DNA of 64,000 nucleotides from NCBI GenBank assembly GCA_965248925.1, contig CBDFLE010000005.1, positions 1,088,001-1,152,000 on the forward strand, in the 5' to 3' direction. The notes under the pieces were generated by a model, which worked only from the letters and a program-made list of their open reading frames with translations, did no database searches and was not told where the DNA came from. The stretch comes from Candidatus Multivoradales bacterium. GTDB lineage: Bacteria > Acidobacteriota > Thermoanaerobaculia > Multivoradales > J023. Both the position numbers and the translations under genes were made by a program. This document shows positions 41,038 through 51,256 of this stretch, one piece after another; within the stretch, counting starts at the first letter, position 1, and each line of letters starts with the position of its first letter.

Positions 41038-43185
41038 TCACCTATAGTCGAGTGCGCCATCGAAAACTCTTAAGTCGATGAATTCTAGGCCAGTATCATT
41101 GCTATCATAAATCTTGATATAGAGGTTGCCGTTGATCACATGGGTGATGGTGTCCGATGAAAAGACATGGAAGTCCTCGATGGCTATGCTCTTGAAAATA
41201 TCATCAACTACGGCCGAATAGAGATCGGCGGCCTTGCTCCTCTGTGTACGGTCGTCTGCAATTAGAGTATATCGGAACCCAAATCTACTTAGATGACCCT
41301 CAAGAAACTCAGCCTCAAAACCACTAGCGACTTCTATCCCTTCGACTCGAAATTGCTCCTTGCGACAGTATGTTTGGCCGCAGAGTGATATGGCTCCTTT
41401 GTCCAGGAGAGAGGCCATGTGCTCCTGATAGTCGTTCACGGACATGCCGAATTCAAGGTCTAGATGGATTTTGCTCTTGGCGACGGTCCTCGTTCTTCCT
41501 TGGTCGATTGCATGGCGAAATAGACGCTCATTGTCCTGAAACTGCACTCTTGATGAAACATCTACCGTGAAGTCATCTGGCCTGAGAGTCATAAAGAGAA
41601 CTTCCCCGTCAAGAGTTCCTTTCAGCCAGAACCTCTTGCCGTTATTCTTGAAGGGCCAGAAGCTCCTCTTGTTCTCATGAGGATAGGTTTTTATTATCGA
41701 ATATTCCCTGCCCTGTAAGTAGAGGAGAAACTCATCAAAAGACTCATGAGAAGTAGTTGAAAGTCTAATTTTTGTGTAATCCTCAAGGAGGGAAACGTCG
41801 AAGCGAAAAGAGCGACCTTCTACGCCCGAGAGCCAGACATTACCATTCGGCTTGATTGCAATGACACCATTCTGCTTTCTTACATCCCAGGAAAAGTCGT
41901 CTTCTGGGAACACCTCGTTCAGGCATCGCTCATCCTCACAATTCTTACCCTGCATCAATAGATCCAGGAGGTCATAATCGGAAACATTTGGGGGGTTCAA
42001 GGCCAAGCTCACGGAGTTGACGCGATATTCTGGACTTTCTAGCACCTCTCCGAGGTAGCGAGATTTCGACATGTAGATCATGTCTAGCTGAGCAAAAAAT
42101 ATGGTGTCGCTATCATGATCGAAGGACATCTTGAAGGTGGCATCGGCGTCAAGCTTGTATTGTGTCGGAAAGACGAACCGAGACAAGGTGCCATGAGTGG
42201 TATCCAGGATGTAGTAACTGATCCGGTTGTGTTCCAGTAGCGAATCGGCCAATTGTCGGCGCTTGATTCGAAGTATCAACTTGTCGCCCATGCATGCCAA
42301 TATGCTTGTTTCGGAGATGTCAAAGTCAGGGTCTTCGAACAAGTCAACTCTTGAGAAGTGAGCTTCGTCTCCGTTGGATTTCCACAGGAAAGGATTGCGC
42401 TTCATGGGGCTGGTGTGGTATGCCGTACCAAACATCTTACCATCGGCCACCTTGAAGACCTCGGAGAGCCTCAAGGTGTCTTCTGGTGTCGATGTCCCAC
42501 TTCTTAGTACGCTATCGTAGCGAAGGTAGTACGAGTTATTCAGGCTACTGCCCGATGGGGCATACCAATACTGCTCATTTTGATAGATCGGGGTCAAATG
42601 CTGTTTCGATTGAGCTACATCAGAATTGGAGGGGCGACGACTTGCGTCTTCAGGTGCCGGCTGTATCAGTGTCCAACTGGCGCCATTATCGAGACTGCGA
42701 TATAAATTACCACCAATGAACATCTGGATAGAACCGTCACCGCTAGTGATTTGAGTGAACTTTGCGCCATCTGAATACAATAGAGGGCTCGCCAGATTCT
42801 TTGCGGTCTTTGCCCAGCGCGCGAAGAAGAAATCCGGAACGTTGTCGAGCTTATCTCCTTTGATTAGCGCATTCTGTTCAGACATTGCCGGGGTCGAAAC
42901 CTCCTCCCAAGATAGGCCGCTATCTAGCGACCTGTACACTCGGAATGGTTTGCATCTAAAGGCTGGAAGAAGGCCGTCCGTACCGCAGTCAACATCTTCG
43001 TTGTCAAAGTACCCGATTGCGATGAGGGCTCCACTAGTTGCTCGATGTAGATTAAGGATATTTAGCGATATGGAGTCAGCGTTGCGGATTGTGCCTAGGT
43101 CGACCCAGAGAGAAGAGTCCTCTTTGACACAGCCAAGCACTAGCACCAGCAGTGTAAGAAGCACGGGGTGATGTAGTCGTTTCAT
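41038..43185 (-). CDS. Low-GC lipoprotein with BNR/Asp-box repeats
   Basis: Lipobox VLGC; YRSLDSGLSW and YRSLDNGASW. Confidence 0.7.
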   Translation of the reverse strand: MKRLHHPVLLTLLVLVLGCVKEDSSLWVDLGTIRNADSISLNILNLHRATSGALIAIGYFDNEDVDCGTDGLLPAFRCKPFRVYRSLDSGLSWEEVSTPAMSEQNALIKGDKLDNVPDFFFARWAKTAKNLASPLLYSDGAKFTQITSGDGSIQMFIGGNLYRSLDNGASWTLIQPAPEDASRRPSNSDVAQSKQHLTPIYQNEQYWYAPSGSSLNNSYYLRYDSVLRSGTSTPEDTLRLSEVFKVADGKMFGTAYHTSPMKRNPFLWKSNGDEAHFSRVDLFEDPDFDISETSILACMGDKLILRIKRRQLADSLLEHNRISYYILDTTHGTLSRFVFPTQYKLDADATFKMSFDHDSDTIFFAQLDMIYMSKSRYLGEVLESPEYRVNSVSLALNPPNVSDYDLLDLLMQGKNCEDERCLNEVFPEDDFSWDVRKQNGVIAIKPNGNVWLSGVEGRSFRFDVSLLEDYTKIRLSTTSHESFDEFLLYLQGREYSIIKTYPHENKRSFWPFKNNGKRFWLKGTLDGEVLFMTLRPDDFTVDVSSRVQFQDNERLFRHAIDQGRTRTVAKSKIHLDLEFGMSVNDYQEHMASLLDKGAISLCGQTYCRKEQFRVEGIEVASGFEAEFLEGHLSRFGFRYTLIADDRTQRSKAADLYSAVVDDIFKSIAIEDFHVFSSDTITHVINGNLYIKIYDSNDTGLEFIDLRVFDGALDYR

Positions 43186-43363
43186 GAGAGGTGAACCCTT
43201 TTCGTTGGACAGGCTATTTCCTTTGCTAAGGTGGACTCATAGTCCATCAGTTCAGGCTGCGGTATTTCCGGGTTTCTTGTGGATCCGATATTTGCGACCT
43301 CTGCGGACCTAGCCAGTCAAACTTCTCCCTAAAATCCTCTGTCTCCACCTCTTCAGAGGATAC

Positions 43364-43465
43364 ATCCGCCAAGCCTTGCTGGACGGTACCTACTCGCCGC
43401 AGCCTGTGCGGCGAGTAGAGGTCCTGAAGCCCCCGGGGCATGAGCGAGATGCTGCGTGGGATTGT
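43364..43465 (+). pseudogene. N-terminal fragment of a group II intron reverse transcriptase
   Basis: Translates IRQALLDGTYSPQPVRRVEVLKPPG, matching the Y.P.PVRRV.IPKP.G motif. Confidence 0.8.
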
Positions 43466-43511
43466 TGGTGTCTTGCCTCCGCTCTCCGAATCTTTCCCAA
43501 CAAACAAGCCA

Positions 43512-45119
43512 CTAGCCTCTCCAATCCTTGACGTAAAGAACATTAGTGTTATTCAACTGAATCACACTCTGTTTCCGCAACATCGCGGACGCCTCTTTTC
43601 CATACTTGTCAATCTCATCAATAGCGACGAAGGACTGTTTCTCAATCGATAGATAGAAACGAAAAAGGTTCGCGACGGAGTCATTCTCGACATTCTTAAA
43701 GAGAAGCGAGTCATGCGCAATGAATGGTAGAATCGTTGCCTGGAACACCGCCAAATCTAAGACGATCAGACTTGCGTATGCCGTGCCAGTCCCAGTATCT
43801 TCGAAAACCTCGTACGTATAACTATTCTCCTCGATTCCGATCTCAGGACTCTTTCGCTCAGGCCCAAAAATCAAGGTAACAATCCTGCGAAGCGTATCAT
43901 TCAATATGTTCTTGATAAGCTCGATCTCTTCGGCCTTCCTGGCAGAGAGGCTTTTCTTAAGTCCCTTGATATCTTCTCGAAGGCACTGGTTGTTCTCGAA
44001 ATGAAGATTCTCGTGTCTCGCTTCGCCTAGATCCACTGCTAGGTCATACACACGGTCTACTATGACTGTAGGCTGATCGATAGTCGATAATGTCTTGGCC
44101 ATCCGAGCTTCGATATTCGCGATCTCAGCATCGATTCGAGCCAAGTTTTCCTTCAGGTTTGCCTCAGATCCTCGAAGCTCTGTTTTCAACAGCTTCGCAA
44201 CGCCGCTATGGAACTCCTCGACTCTCGTCAAACGCCCCTTGTCAATTTCTGGAAAAAATCTGCTTAACGCAGCAAAGTGTCGACTCTTGATATGGCGATT
44301 GCCTGTGATATTCCCTTGAATTCGAGCCAATTTGCTTTCAAGATCCAGTTTAACAGAAAGCAGTTTATCCTTATGAAGCTTCAACTCTAATACTTCACGG
44401 TTGACTACTTCCGAGATATTAGTCGCGTACTTTGCCAGGTTAACTTTAATGTCATCGATTTCAGTCTCAATCGCAGCAATCCGACTTTCATTGGCTTTGG
44501 CTTTCCGCTTGTCGATTTTCGGAATAATCTGAGTCTTGAACGCGGCGTTCAGCGCCTTCCGCTCTTCTTCTCTAACTTTGAGGCTATTGGCAAGTTTCTT
44601 GATGGGTCCAAATCGATCAAATGTCTTAATCAAGTTGTCGACGCACTCTCGACCAGGCTTGACTTGCACCACATGAAGAGGTTTTTGCACGCTTAGGTTG
44701 TCTTTGCCCCACACCCTGAAGTACAAACCAACCAAAGACCGAAAACTTATTTCCTCAAGCTGGATTCCGTAGGCTGCCTTAAGAATGGCTGTGTATTCTT
44801 CAATAGGGATCGGCGTCGTTGGCTGATAATCTTCGCTGCACTTATATACCAAATCGGGCTGAAACGTCCCTCGCCGAAAGCGCATAAGTTCCCGGTTGAA
44901 CGTGAAGGAGAAGAAATAGTCGTGGTCCCCCAGCTCGGCGACCAGATCAATATTATGCTTTAGTAATGAATTGCCGCCAAAGGCGAAGTCGATGACCATC
45001 AGGAGGGTCGACTTGCCTATGGAGTTCGTACCGTTCTCATCTCCAAGCACTACATTCAGGCCAGGGCGAAAAGGGATCCGGTCGGTGCGAAATTTGTCGC
45101 AACGAACTTCAGTCAACAT
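43512..45119 (-). CDS. ABC/SMC-like ATPase of a Lamassu / ABC-three-component system (DUF2326-type, LmuB-like)
   Basis: GLNVVLG..NSIGKST, central coiled coil, DTGTGTAY, IAHDS. Confidence 0.88.
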   Translation of the reverse strand: MLTEVRCDKFRTDRIPFRPGLNVVLGDENGTNSIGKSTLLMVIDFAFGGNSLLKHNIDLVAELGDHDYFFSFTFNRELMRFRRGTFQPDLVYKCSEDYQPTTPIPIEEYTAILKAAYGIQLEEISFRSLVGLYFRVWGKDNLSVQKPLHVVQVKPGRECVDNLIKTFDRFGPIKKLANSLKVREEERKALNAAFKTQIIPKIDKRKAKANESRIAAIETEIDDIKVNLAKYATNISEVVNREVLELKLHKDKLLSVKLDLESKLARIQGNITGNRHIKSRHFAALSRFFPEIDKGRLTRVEEFHSGVAKLLKTELRGSEANLKENLARIDAEIANIEARMAKTLSTIDQPTVIVDRVYDLAVDLGEARHENLHFENNQCLREDIKGLKKSLSARKAEEIELIKNILNDTLRRIVTLIFGPERKSPEIGIEENSYTYEVFEDTGTGTAYASLIVLDLAVFQATILPFIAHDSLLFKNVENDSVANLFRFYLSIEKQSFVAIDEIDKYGKEASAMLRKQSVIQLNNTNVLYVKDWRG

Positions 45120-45333
45120 AGGAAATGATCCGGGTGTCGAAATCTATTTCGATACATCCCAAGAGGTAGAGCACATCGATCGCCAGGAGAAATTGATCAA
45201 CGCTTTCCAACTTCTTGGCGGTTTTATTGTACAGTTTTATAAGGTCGATTGAGCCCGGTCGCTGCTCAAGGATGAGACCTACAGCGCCTAAAGCAGAGTC
45301 CTTCAGCGCCACCATCTTGTTCGGTGTGATCAT
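45109..45333 (-). CDS. ABC-3C middle component (LmuC-like)
   Basis: 74 aa, MITPNK...LAIDVLYLLGCI; overlaps both neighbours. Confidence 0.8.
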   Translation of the reverse strand: MITPNKMVALKDSALGAVGLILEQRPGSIDLIKLYNKTAKKLESVDQFLLAIDVLYLLGCIEIDFDTRIISYVD

Positions 45334-45587
45334 TCGAATACCTCGCAGTTTTGAACGAAGAATGACGTCACGATCTCGGCCGCTTCTAGGGTATCTGGCT
45401 CAGTTTTGATGTACAACCAGTCGACGATGTTCGAAAAGACCTCGTGCTGTGGTAATCCAAGACTCTTCTGTTTAAGATAATAAACTTTCACCTGTGTCGC
45501 GATTAGGTCGGACACTGCAGGGCTCAAGCGCTCCATCTCCAGGAACTTACTCCGGATATATTGATAATAATCAGCAACATTATACTT

Positions 45588-46860
45588 CACTGCTGTCCCG
45601 TTAACTTCGCAGAAAAATAGGCTCAAACCTCCCTGGTCTTGATAGAATCAGTCATCGCTAAACGGCTGAATCAAAGGGAGATCTGAGCCTTGGCACATCA
45701 TAGCACCGTCTTCGCCCAGCTACTGCAACTGATTTCGAGACATGAATTCGAGGCCCTCGCAAAACGCCACCACGCCGGTCGCCAGTTCCGCACTGCGAGC
45801 CGCTGGTCGCAGCTGGTGGCTCTGATGATGGCCCAGCTGTCCGGGCGTTCTAGCTTGCGCGACATCGTTGACAATCTACGAGCGCAGCGGCACAAGCTCT
45901 ACCATCTCGGCTGCCGAGTCCTGTCGCGATCTAACTTGGCACGGATCAACGAAGAGAAGCCCTATCTCCTTTTTGAAGAGCTATTTGGGAGACTTCTGGG
46001 GCATGCTCAGGCAGTGGCGCCCAAGCATACGTTCCGGTTCAAGAACCGCTTGTTCTCGCTTGACGCCTCGGTGATAGACCTCTGTCTGTCGATATTCCCA
46101 TGGGCGAAGTTTCGTACGACCAAGGGAGCGATCAAGCTGCATGTGGGGTTGGATCACGGTGGCTACTTGCCTGCCTTCGTTGCGATCTCGGATGGAAAAA
46201 CAGGTGACATCGCGGGCTGCAAGAGCCTGACGCTGCCACGAGGAAGCATCGTAGCTTGTGATCGTGGTTACAACAGCTACAGCTGGTTTCGTCAGCTGAG
46301 CGAGAAGGGTCTTTTCTTTGTGACCCGTCTGAAGCGCGGGGCCAAGTACCGCGTGACCGAACGTCGAAGAGTCAATCGTTCCAAGGGTTTGATGAGCGAC
46401 CAAACGATCGAATGGACCGGTGTGAAGGCGTGTCGTGACTGCCCGATGCCTCTGCGGAGAGTAGGCTATCGCGACCCTGAGACCGGCAAGATCTACTATT
46501 TCTTGACGAACCTGTTCCGCCTGTCACCTCAGACCATTGCCGATATCTACCACGAACGTTGGCAAATTGAACTCTTCTTCAAGTGGATCAAGCAGAATCT
46601 GAAGATCAAGACTTTCGTCGGCACCAGCCGCAACGCCGTGCTGACTCAGCTTTGGATCGCCATGTGCGTCTACCTATTGCTCGCTTTCATCAAGCACAAG
46701 CACCGTCTTTCCAGTAGTTTACGGGAGGCCTTGCGCCTCCTTCAATTGAACCTCTTTGAGCGCCGCGACCTCATGGCCCTCTTGAAACGAGAGCCGCCGC
46801 CGATCCCAGGACTAGACGAAAGACAACTGGTAATCGTCGGAAGTTAACGGGACAGCAGTG
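45588..46860 (+). mobile_element. IS4-family element, copy 2 (1273 bp)
   Basis: Same IRs as copy 1; 9-bp TSD ATTATACTT (45579-45587, 46861-46869). Confidence 0.97.
45690..46847 (+). CDS. IS4 family DDE transposase
   Basis: Near-identical to 37863-39020 (R/H and M/I differences). Confidence 0.95.
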   Translation: MAHHSTVFAQLLQLISRHEFEALAKRHHAGRQFRTASRWSQLVALMMAQLSGRSSLRDIVDNLRAQRHKLYHLGCRVLSRSNLARINEEKPYLLFEELFGRLLGHAQAVAPKHTFRFKNRLFSLDASVIDLCLSIFPWAKFRTTKGAIKLHVGLDHGGYLPAFVAISDGKTGDIAGCKSLTLPRGSIVACDRGYNSYSWFRQLSEKGLFFVTRLKRGAKYRVTERRRVNRSKGLMSDQTIEWTGVKACRDCPMPLRRVGYRDPETGKIYYFLTNLFRLSPQTIADIYHERWQIELFFKWIKQNLKIKTFVGTSRNAVLTQLWIAMCVYLLLAFIKHKHRLSSSLREALRLLQLNLFERRDLMALLKREPPPIPGLDERQLVIVGS

Positions 46861-47381
46861 ATTATACTTGATCTTTCTTTGAGTTGGAATCGGCATCGAT
46901 TCGTCCAATTTTGCTTCTAGACTTCTTGGGTCATACTCAAGATCTGGCTCATCGGGATAGTCCGCGACTGTGTAGAGCCCCTCAATAACAACCCGGATGT
47001 CTCTCTCGATCTTGTAGGAAGATTGAAGTGTTTGCTGCTCCTCCTGTCGAAGCAGGGATCGTTTTTTCCGCACGAGCGCCCTGTACTCGTCAGCGATTCT
47101 TGGCTTGTCAAATTTCTTATGGCATGTCGCACACAATGGAATCAAGTTGTTTGGATGATTCACGTCAGCGTGCAGCTTTACCTCATTTCTCAGCTCATAC
47201 AGTTCGCTTTTACTTGGGTTGACGGGATAGATGTGGGCTAGGTCGTACATCTTATATGACCTTAAGTTCTTGACGTAGAAGAGATCACGTCCACACAGCG
47301 GGCAAATGCCTCTAGTTTGCGTGGTTAATGCCAACTCTTCGGCAGGGCTGTATTTCCGGCGATCATTTGTCATAGGATTTC

Positions 47382-47783
47382 CGAGGTTGGATGAACTACT
47401 TCGGCATTTCGGACTATTACCGACCTGTCGCAGAAATCGACAAGTGGATCCGAAGACTCATCTGAATGTGTTACTGGAAACAGTGGCGCTGGGTGCGCAC
47501 GAAGGTCCGTCATCTGCTCGCTTTGGGAACGAGTCGTCGTCAAGCAATTTTCACCGCGCTCAGTCGCAAGAGCTACTGGGACTTGTCGAAAACCTTGGCG
47601 ACACAGACCGGAATGACGAACAAATTGCTTCAAAGTCAGGGGCTGATCAGTTTCCGCGATCTGTGGATGAAAGCCCATGGCTATGCTTGAAACGATCGTG
47701 TGCTCCATCATTGTGAATCGCCTAGTGCGGACCCGTATGCTAGGTGGCGTGTTGGCCGGGGTTAGATCCCCCGGCTACCCGAT
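47382..47783 (+). mobile_element. 3' part of a group IIC intron: maturase domain X remnant plus ribozyme domains V and VI
   Basis: RGWMNYF...WIRRLI*MCYWKQWR; DV GAATCGCCTAGTGCGGACCCGTATGCTAGGTGG (from 47715); DVI ending CCCGAT. Confidence 0.88.
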
Positions 47784-49120
47784 TAGCCGTCTGCACCGGT
47801 TTGCCTAACTGCATTCCGGATGGGTGCCGGAATTGCGTTGTCGTATAGTCGGTCATCTCCGACTGACATGCCTTGTTCTAGGATGAAGTCTGCCAGAATC
47901 ATCGCCTCATCGTCGTCCACTTCGCCAGACTCTAGGATTCCAAGCAGGGAACTCTGCGCCCCCCATTGATCTGCGCCGTACGCCACTGACCACATTCCAA
48001 CAAGGCAACCGCCTCGACTCTCGGTATCGACGACAGCGTGGAACAGTCGGCCTAAGAAGCTAGCAAATCCATTCATTGCGCTGAAGGGCCATCCCACAGT
48101 TCCGAGGCACTTCTCCATTTCATCCAAGAAGACACGCACGAACCTCGCAGACTCTGCTCCTACTGCATCGCAATAGGGCGCGAGCCGATCATCGGAAGAA
48201 AAGAAGTCAATTACTGGCTCTATGTAACCGCTGTAGACGTGATCTCTATACTCGGGCTCTGCGAGTGCTCTGTGCACCTGATCCCAGTGAGGTGCCGATC
48301 CATTGTCGGCTAACAGCACCTTTAGCGCGTCATTGCGAGGCGGCGTATCGGTTCGTAATGCCTCGATTCGATCAAAGTGCTCGGCAAAGTGAGCCGCAGA
48401 TGGATAGCGCTCAGTAGCGCTTGGCCGAGTAGCCCTTTGAATTACAGGAGAGTACGAACAACGATGGTGGTGATCTGGGTCTCTGCCGGTCATGACAAAG
48501 TTGAGCAGCTTCCCTAGCGAGTAGATGTCACTCTGAACCGTAGCACTTTTGAGGCTGTCCCGCTGCTCGGGCGCAACGTAGTACGCATGGCCGTAGTTGT
48601 CGACACTGCTCCGCGTGCGGTTCGACTGAGCACTGAGGTCCCTGCCCAGGCCAAAATCGCACACGACCACAGAATTGCAGTCGCGAGTGTCCAGGACTAA
48701 TGCATTGGATGGACTGATATCCCTATGCAGGATGCCGAGCTCGTGCGCCGACTGGATTGCACTCAGAATTCGGCGGAACATTACGACGCGCTCCGGTTCC
48801 TCCAGTGCAGTGTTGTTCCTCTTAATGAACCGATGAAGATTCATAGCTGCCACAGGCATGGCGTACCAGATGCCAGGCCCAACCAAGTTTCCCGAGTGGC
48901 CTAGGAGATCAACTACGCCCGCCACGCCCCTAAGACGTTCAAGCAGTGTGATTTCCCGCTTGAGCCGTGCTTGATAGACAGGATTGTTGTTGACTGAACT
49001 CCTTAAGCTCTTCACAGCAATGCCGTCGCCAGTCTTACGGTGACTGAATCTCTTTACGAGCGCGAATGCACCCTCGCCCATGACAGCGGTAGTTTCGTAA
49101 TCGCGAAGCTCAATACTCAT
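47783..49120 (-). CDS. Cytoplasmic Ser/Thr protein kinase carried as an integron-type gene cassette
   Basis: GEGAFALV, AVK, HRDISPSN, DFGLG, YVAPE, DIYSLG; begins after GTTAGCC and ends in GGCTAA. Confidence 0.9.
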   Translation of the reverse strand: MSIELRDYETTAVMGEGAFALVKRFSHRKTGDGIAVKSLRSSVNNNPVYQARLKREITLLERLRGVAGVVDLLGHSGNLVGPGIWYAMPVAAMNLHRFIKRNNTALEEPERVVMFRRILSAIQSAHELGILHRDISPSNALVLDTRDCNSVVVCDFGLGRDLSAQSNRTRSSVDNYGHAYYVAPEQRDSLKSATVQSDIYSLGKLLNFVMTGRDPDHHHRCSYSPVIQRATRPSATERYPSAAHFAEHFDRIEALRTDTPPRNDALKVLLADNGSAPHWDQVHRALAEPEYRDHVYSGYIEPVIDFFSSDDRLAPYCDAVGAESARFVRVFLDEMEKCLGTVGWPFSAMNGFASFLGRLFHAVVDTESRGGCLVGMWSVAYGADQWGAQSSLLGILESGEVDDDEAMILADFILEQGMSVGDDRLYDNAIPAPIRNAVRQTGADG

Positions 49121-49129
49121 TGCGAATCC

Positions 49130-49220
49130 GGCTAACAATAAAGGTTCTATCTGAACTCCAAGCCAAGATCTCCCATCGTGCGGACGCGCCTCCCCGAGTT
49201 CAGATGGAAGCGAGTTGTAC
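49130..49220 (-). other. attC-like integron recombination site
   Basis: Minus strand: GTACAAC - TTCCATCTGAACTC - loop - GAGTTCAGATAGAA - GTTAGCC. Confidence 0.7.
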
Positions 49221-49347
49221 GAAGCCGCCGCCTGGCACGGACGTTGCGTTTAGGGGTTTGTATCCCTCAGCCGGGGACGAGCCCCGAGCCATCGTGGCAG
49301 TCGAAGGCAGGTGAGATCGCGGCATAAGTAGGGGGGGATTAGAGCGC

Positions 49348-49557
49348 CTCAGAGGTCGAAAAATTCCGCCGATTTCTTCCCCGCACACGCTCTGTAAGTG
49401 CTTGACCGGTCAGTGTTTAATCCCGTCGTGCCCATAATGGAGACAGCTTACCATGCGGGGGCACTGCGATGTCAAGGGCACTGTGGGGGCAGCACTCTGC
49501 CCCGCTGCCCCGTGCTTCTCAACGGCTGACCGCACGAAACCGGTTAGTGCAGAAGGT
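49348..49557. repeat. Dispersed non-coding module, copy B (cut on the right by IS21)
   Basis: Collinear with 53994-54221. Confidence 0.85.
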
Positions 49558-49710
49558 TGTGTCAGTGACCGCCCATATGGAGCCAAAGCGGGATCGCCGT
49601 AATGGCGCCAGTAGAAGATCGCCGTAATGGAGCTAGTAGCTGCTCTGTTCGAGGATCTCGGGCCTCTCCCGGGGATACCTTACTGCCAGTCGAAATGGCA
49701 GGAGGTGTCC

Positions 49711-51243
49711 GTGGGGAATCGGAGGTTCGAGATGTACGAGTACCGTCATGTGCTGGTCCGAATGCGGGCTGGCGACTCAGATAGAGAATTGGCTCGTGCG
49801 GGCCTGATGGGGCGTCGCAAGTCTGGTGAATTTCGTCGTTTGGTGACGGAATTGGGCTGGCTGAAGCCGTCGCGGCCGTTGCCCGAGGTGGCGACGTTGG
49901 CGGCGCAAGCGGTCCCGAAACGACCGAAACAGTCGTCGACATCGTTGGTAGAGCCACACGCTGAGATGGTTCGTCAGTGGGCGTCCCAGGGCGTTGACGG
50001 GACGACAATCCACCAGGCGCTGGTGCGCAAGTTCGATTTCCCAGGCAGCTACTCGTCGGTGCGGCGCTATCTGCGCCGGCTGGGCAGGTCGCAGCCTCGG
50101 CGCACGGTGATCCTGGACTTTGCACCCGGCGAGGCAGCGCAGGTGGATTTCGGCTCGGGGCCGCGGCTGGTCGAGGGCGGCAGTGAGATCCGCACGTGGT
50201 TCTTCGTGATGACGCTGTGCTGGAGTCGGCACCAGTAGGCGGAGCTGGTTCTCGACCAGAAGGTGGCGACGTGGCTGGCCTGCCATCGCCGAGCCTTCGA
50301 GTTCTTCGGCGGGGTGCCCCTGCGGGTGACCATCGACAACGCCAAATGTGCGATCACGCGAGCCTGCTGGCGAGATCCGGAGGTGCAACGATCCTACGCC
50401 GAGCTCGCCGAAGGCTACGGCTTCAAGATCGACCCGTGCCCACCTCGGGATCCCCAGAAGAAGGGGCGAGTGGAGTCGGGTATCAAGTACGTGAAGCGGA
50501 ACTTCCTGCCTCTGCGGGAGTTCCGAAACCTGAGCGATGGCAATGGTCAGCTCGAAGCCTGGGTGCTCGGCCGGGCAGGCAATCGGATCCACGGCTCGAC
50601 CCGTGAGCGGCCCCTGACGCGCTTTGCCGAGACCGAGCGTGATCTGCTCCAGACCTTGCCGGCTGCCGCCCCGGAGCCTTCGACCTGGGCCCGTGCGATC
50701 GTGCCTGCAGATCACCATGTGCGCCTTGAGCATGGCCGCTACTCAGTGCCCTACACACTGATCGGTGAGCGGTTGTGGCTGCGGGCAACACCGACCGCGG
50801 TTCAGGTCTACGAGGAGTACACGATGGTGGCGGCGCACCCGCGCATGAGACCTGGAAAGCGCTCGACGGTCGATGACCACCTACCGCCGGAAGCTCTGGC
50901 GCACAAACGGCGGACACCGGATTGGTGCCGCTCGCAGGCCGAGTCGATTGGCCCTTCCTGCCAGGGGCTGATCGACGCCCTATTCGCCGACCGCGTGCTG
51001 GACAACCTGCGGGCTGCGCAAGGTGTCATCCGGCTCGCAGAGCGCTACGGAGAGGACCGATTGGAGGCCGCTTGCGAGCGGGCGCTGGCCTTCGAGAATC
51101 CGCGCTATCGGTGCGTCAAGACGATCCTCGAGCGGGGGCTCGACCAGCACTGCGTCGAGCCCCCGGAGTCCGTCCAGCTTGCCGCGAGTTACACCGGCTC
51201 GGGCCGCTTCTGCCGTGACACCCGAAATCTGTTGGCGCACTGA
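49711..51243 (+). pseudogene. istA: IS21 transposase with in-frame TAG at 50236-50238
   Basis: PGEAAQVDFG, WSRHQ*AE, DNAK, KGRVESGIKYVK all in one frame. Confidence 0.9.
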
Positions 51244-51256
51244 TGTGGAGGCCCCA

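Larger units (their letters stand above)
45330..47373 (-). pseudogene. HNH-nuclease effector with ABC-3C C-terminal domain (LmuA-like), split by IS4
   Basis: CPLCG, AHIYP, NLIPLCATCHKKFD; removing the IS and one TSD restores ...RKIKYN-VADYY...FFVQNCEVFE (~253 aa). Confidence 0.88.

Noticed and set aside
43186-43363. Intron 5' end or a second attC
   Set aside because: No convincing GTGCG start after TTGT and no paired attC boxes found by eye
43364-47690. Retron or DGR reverse transcriptase
   Set aside because: No YADD core; the fragments plus DV/DVI match a group II intron; no TR/VR pair seen
50236-50238. Recoded TAG in istA
   Set aside because: A Tyr-codon point mutation is the simpler explanation; other genes use TAG as stop
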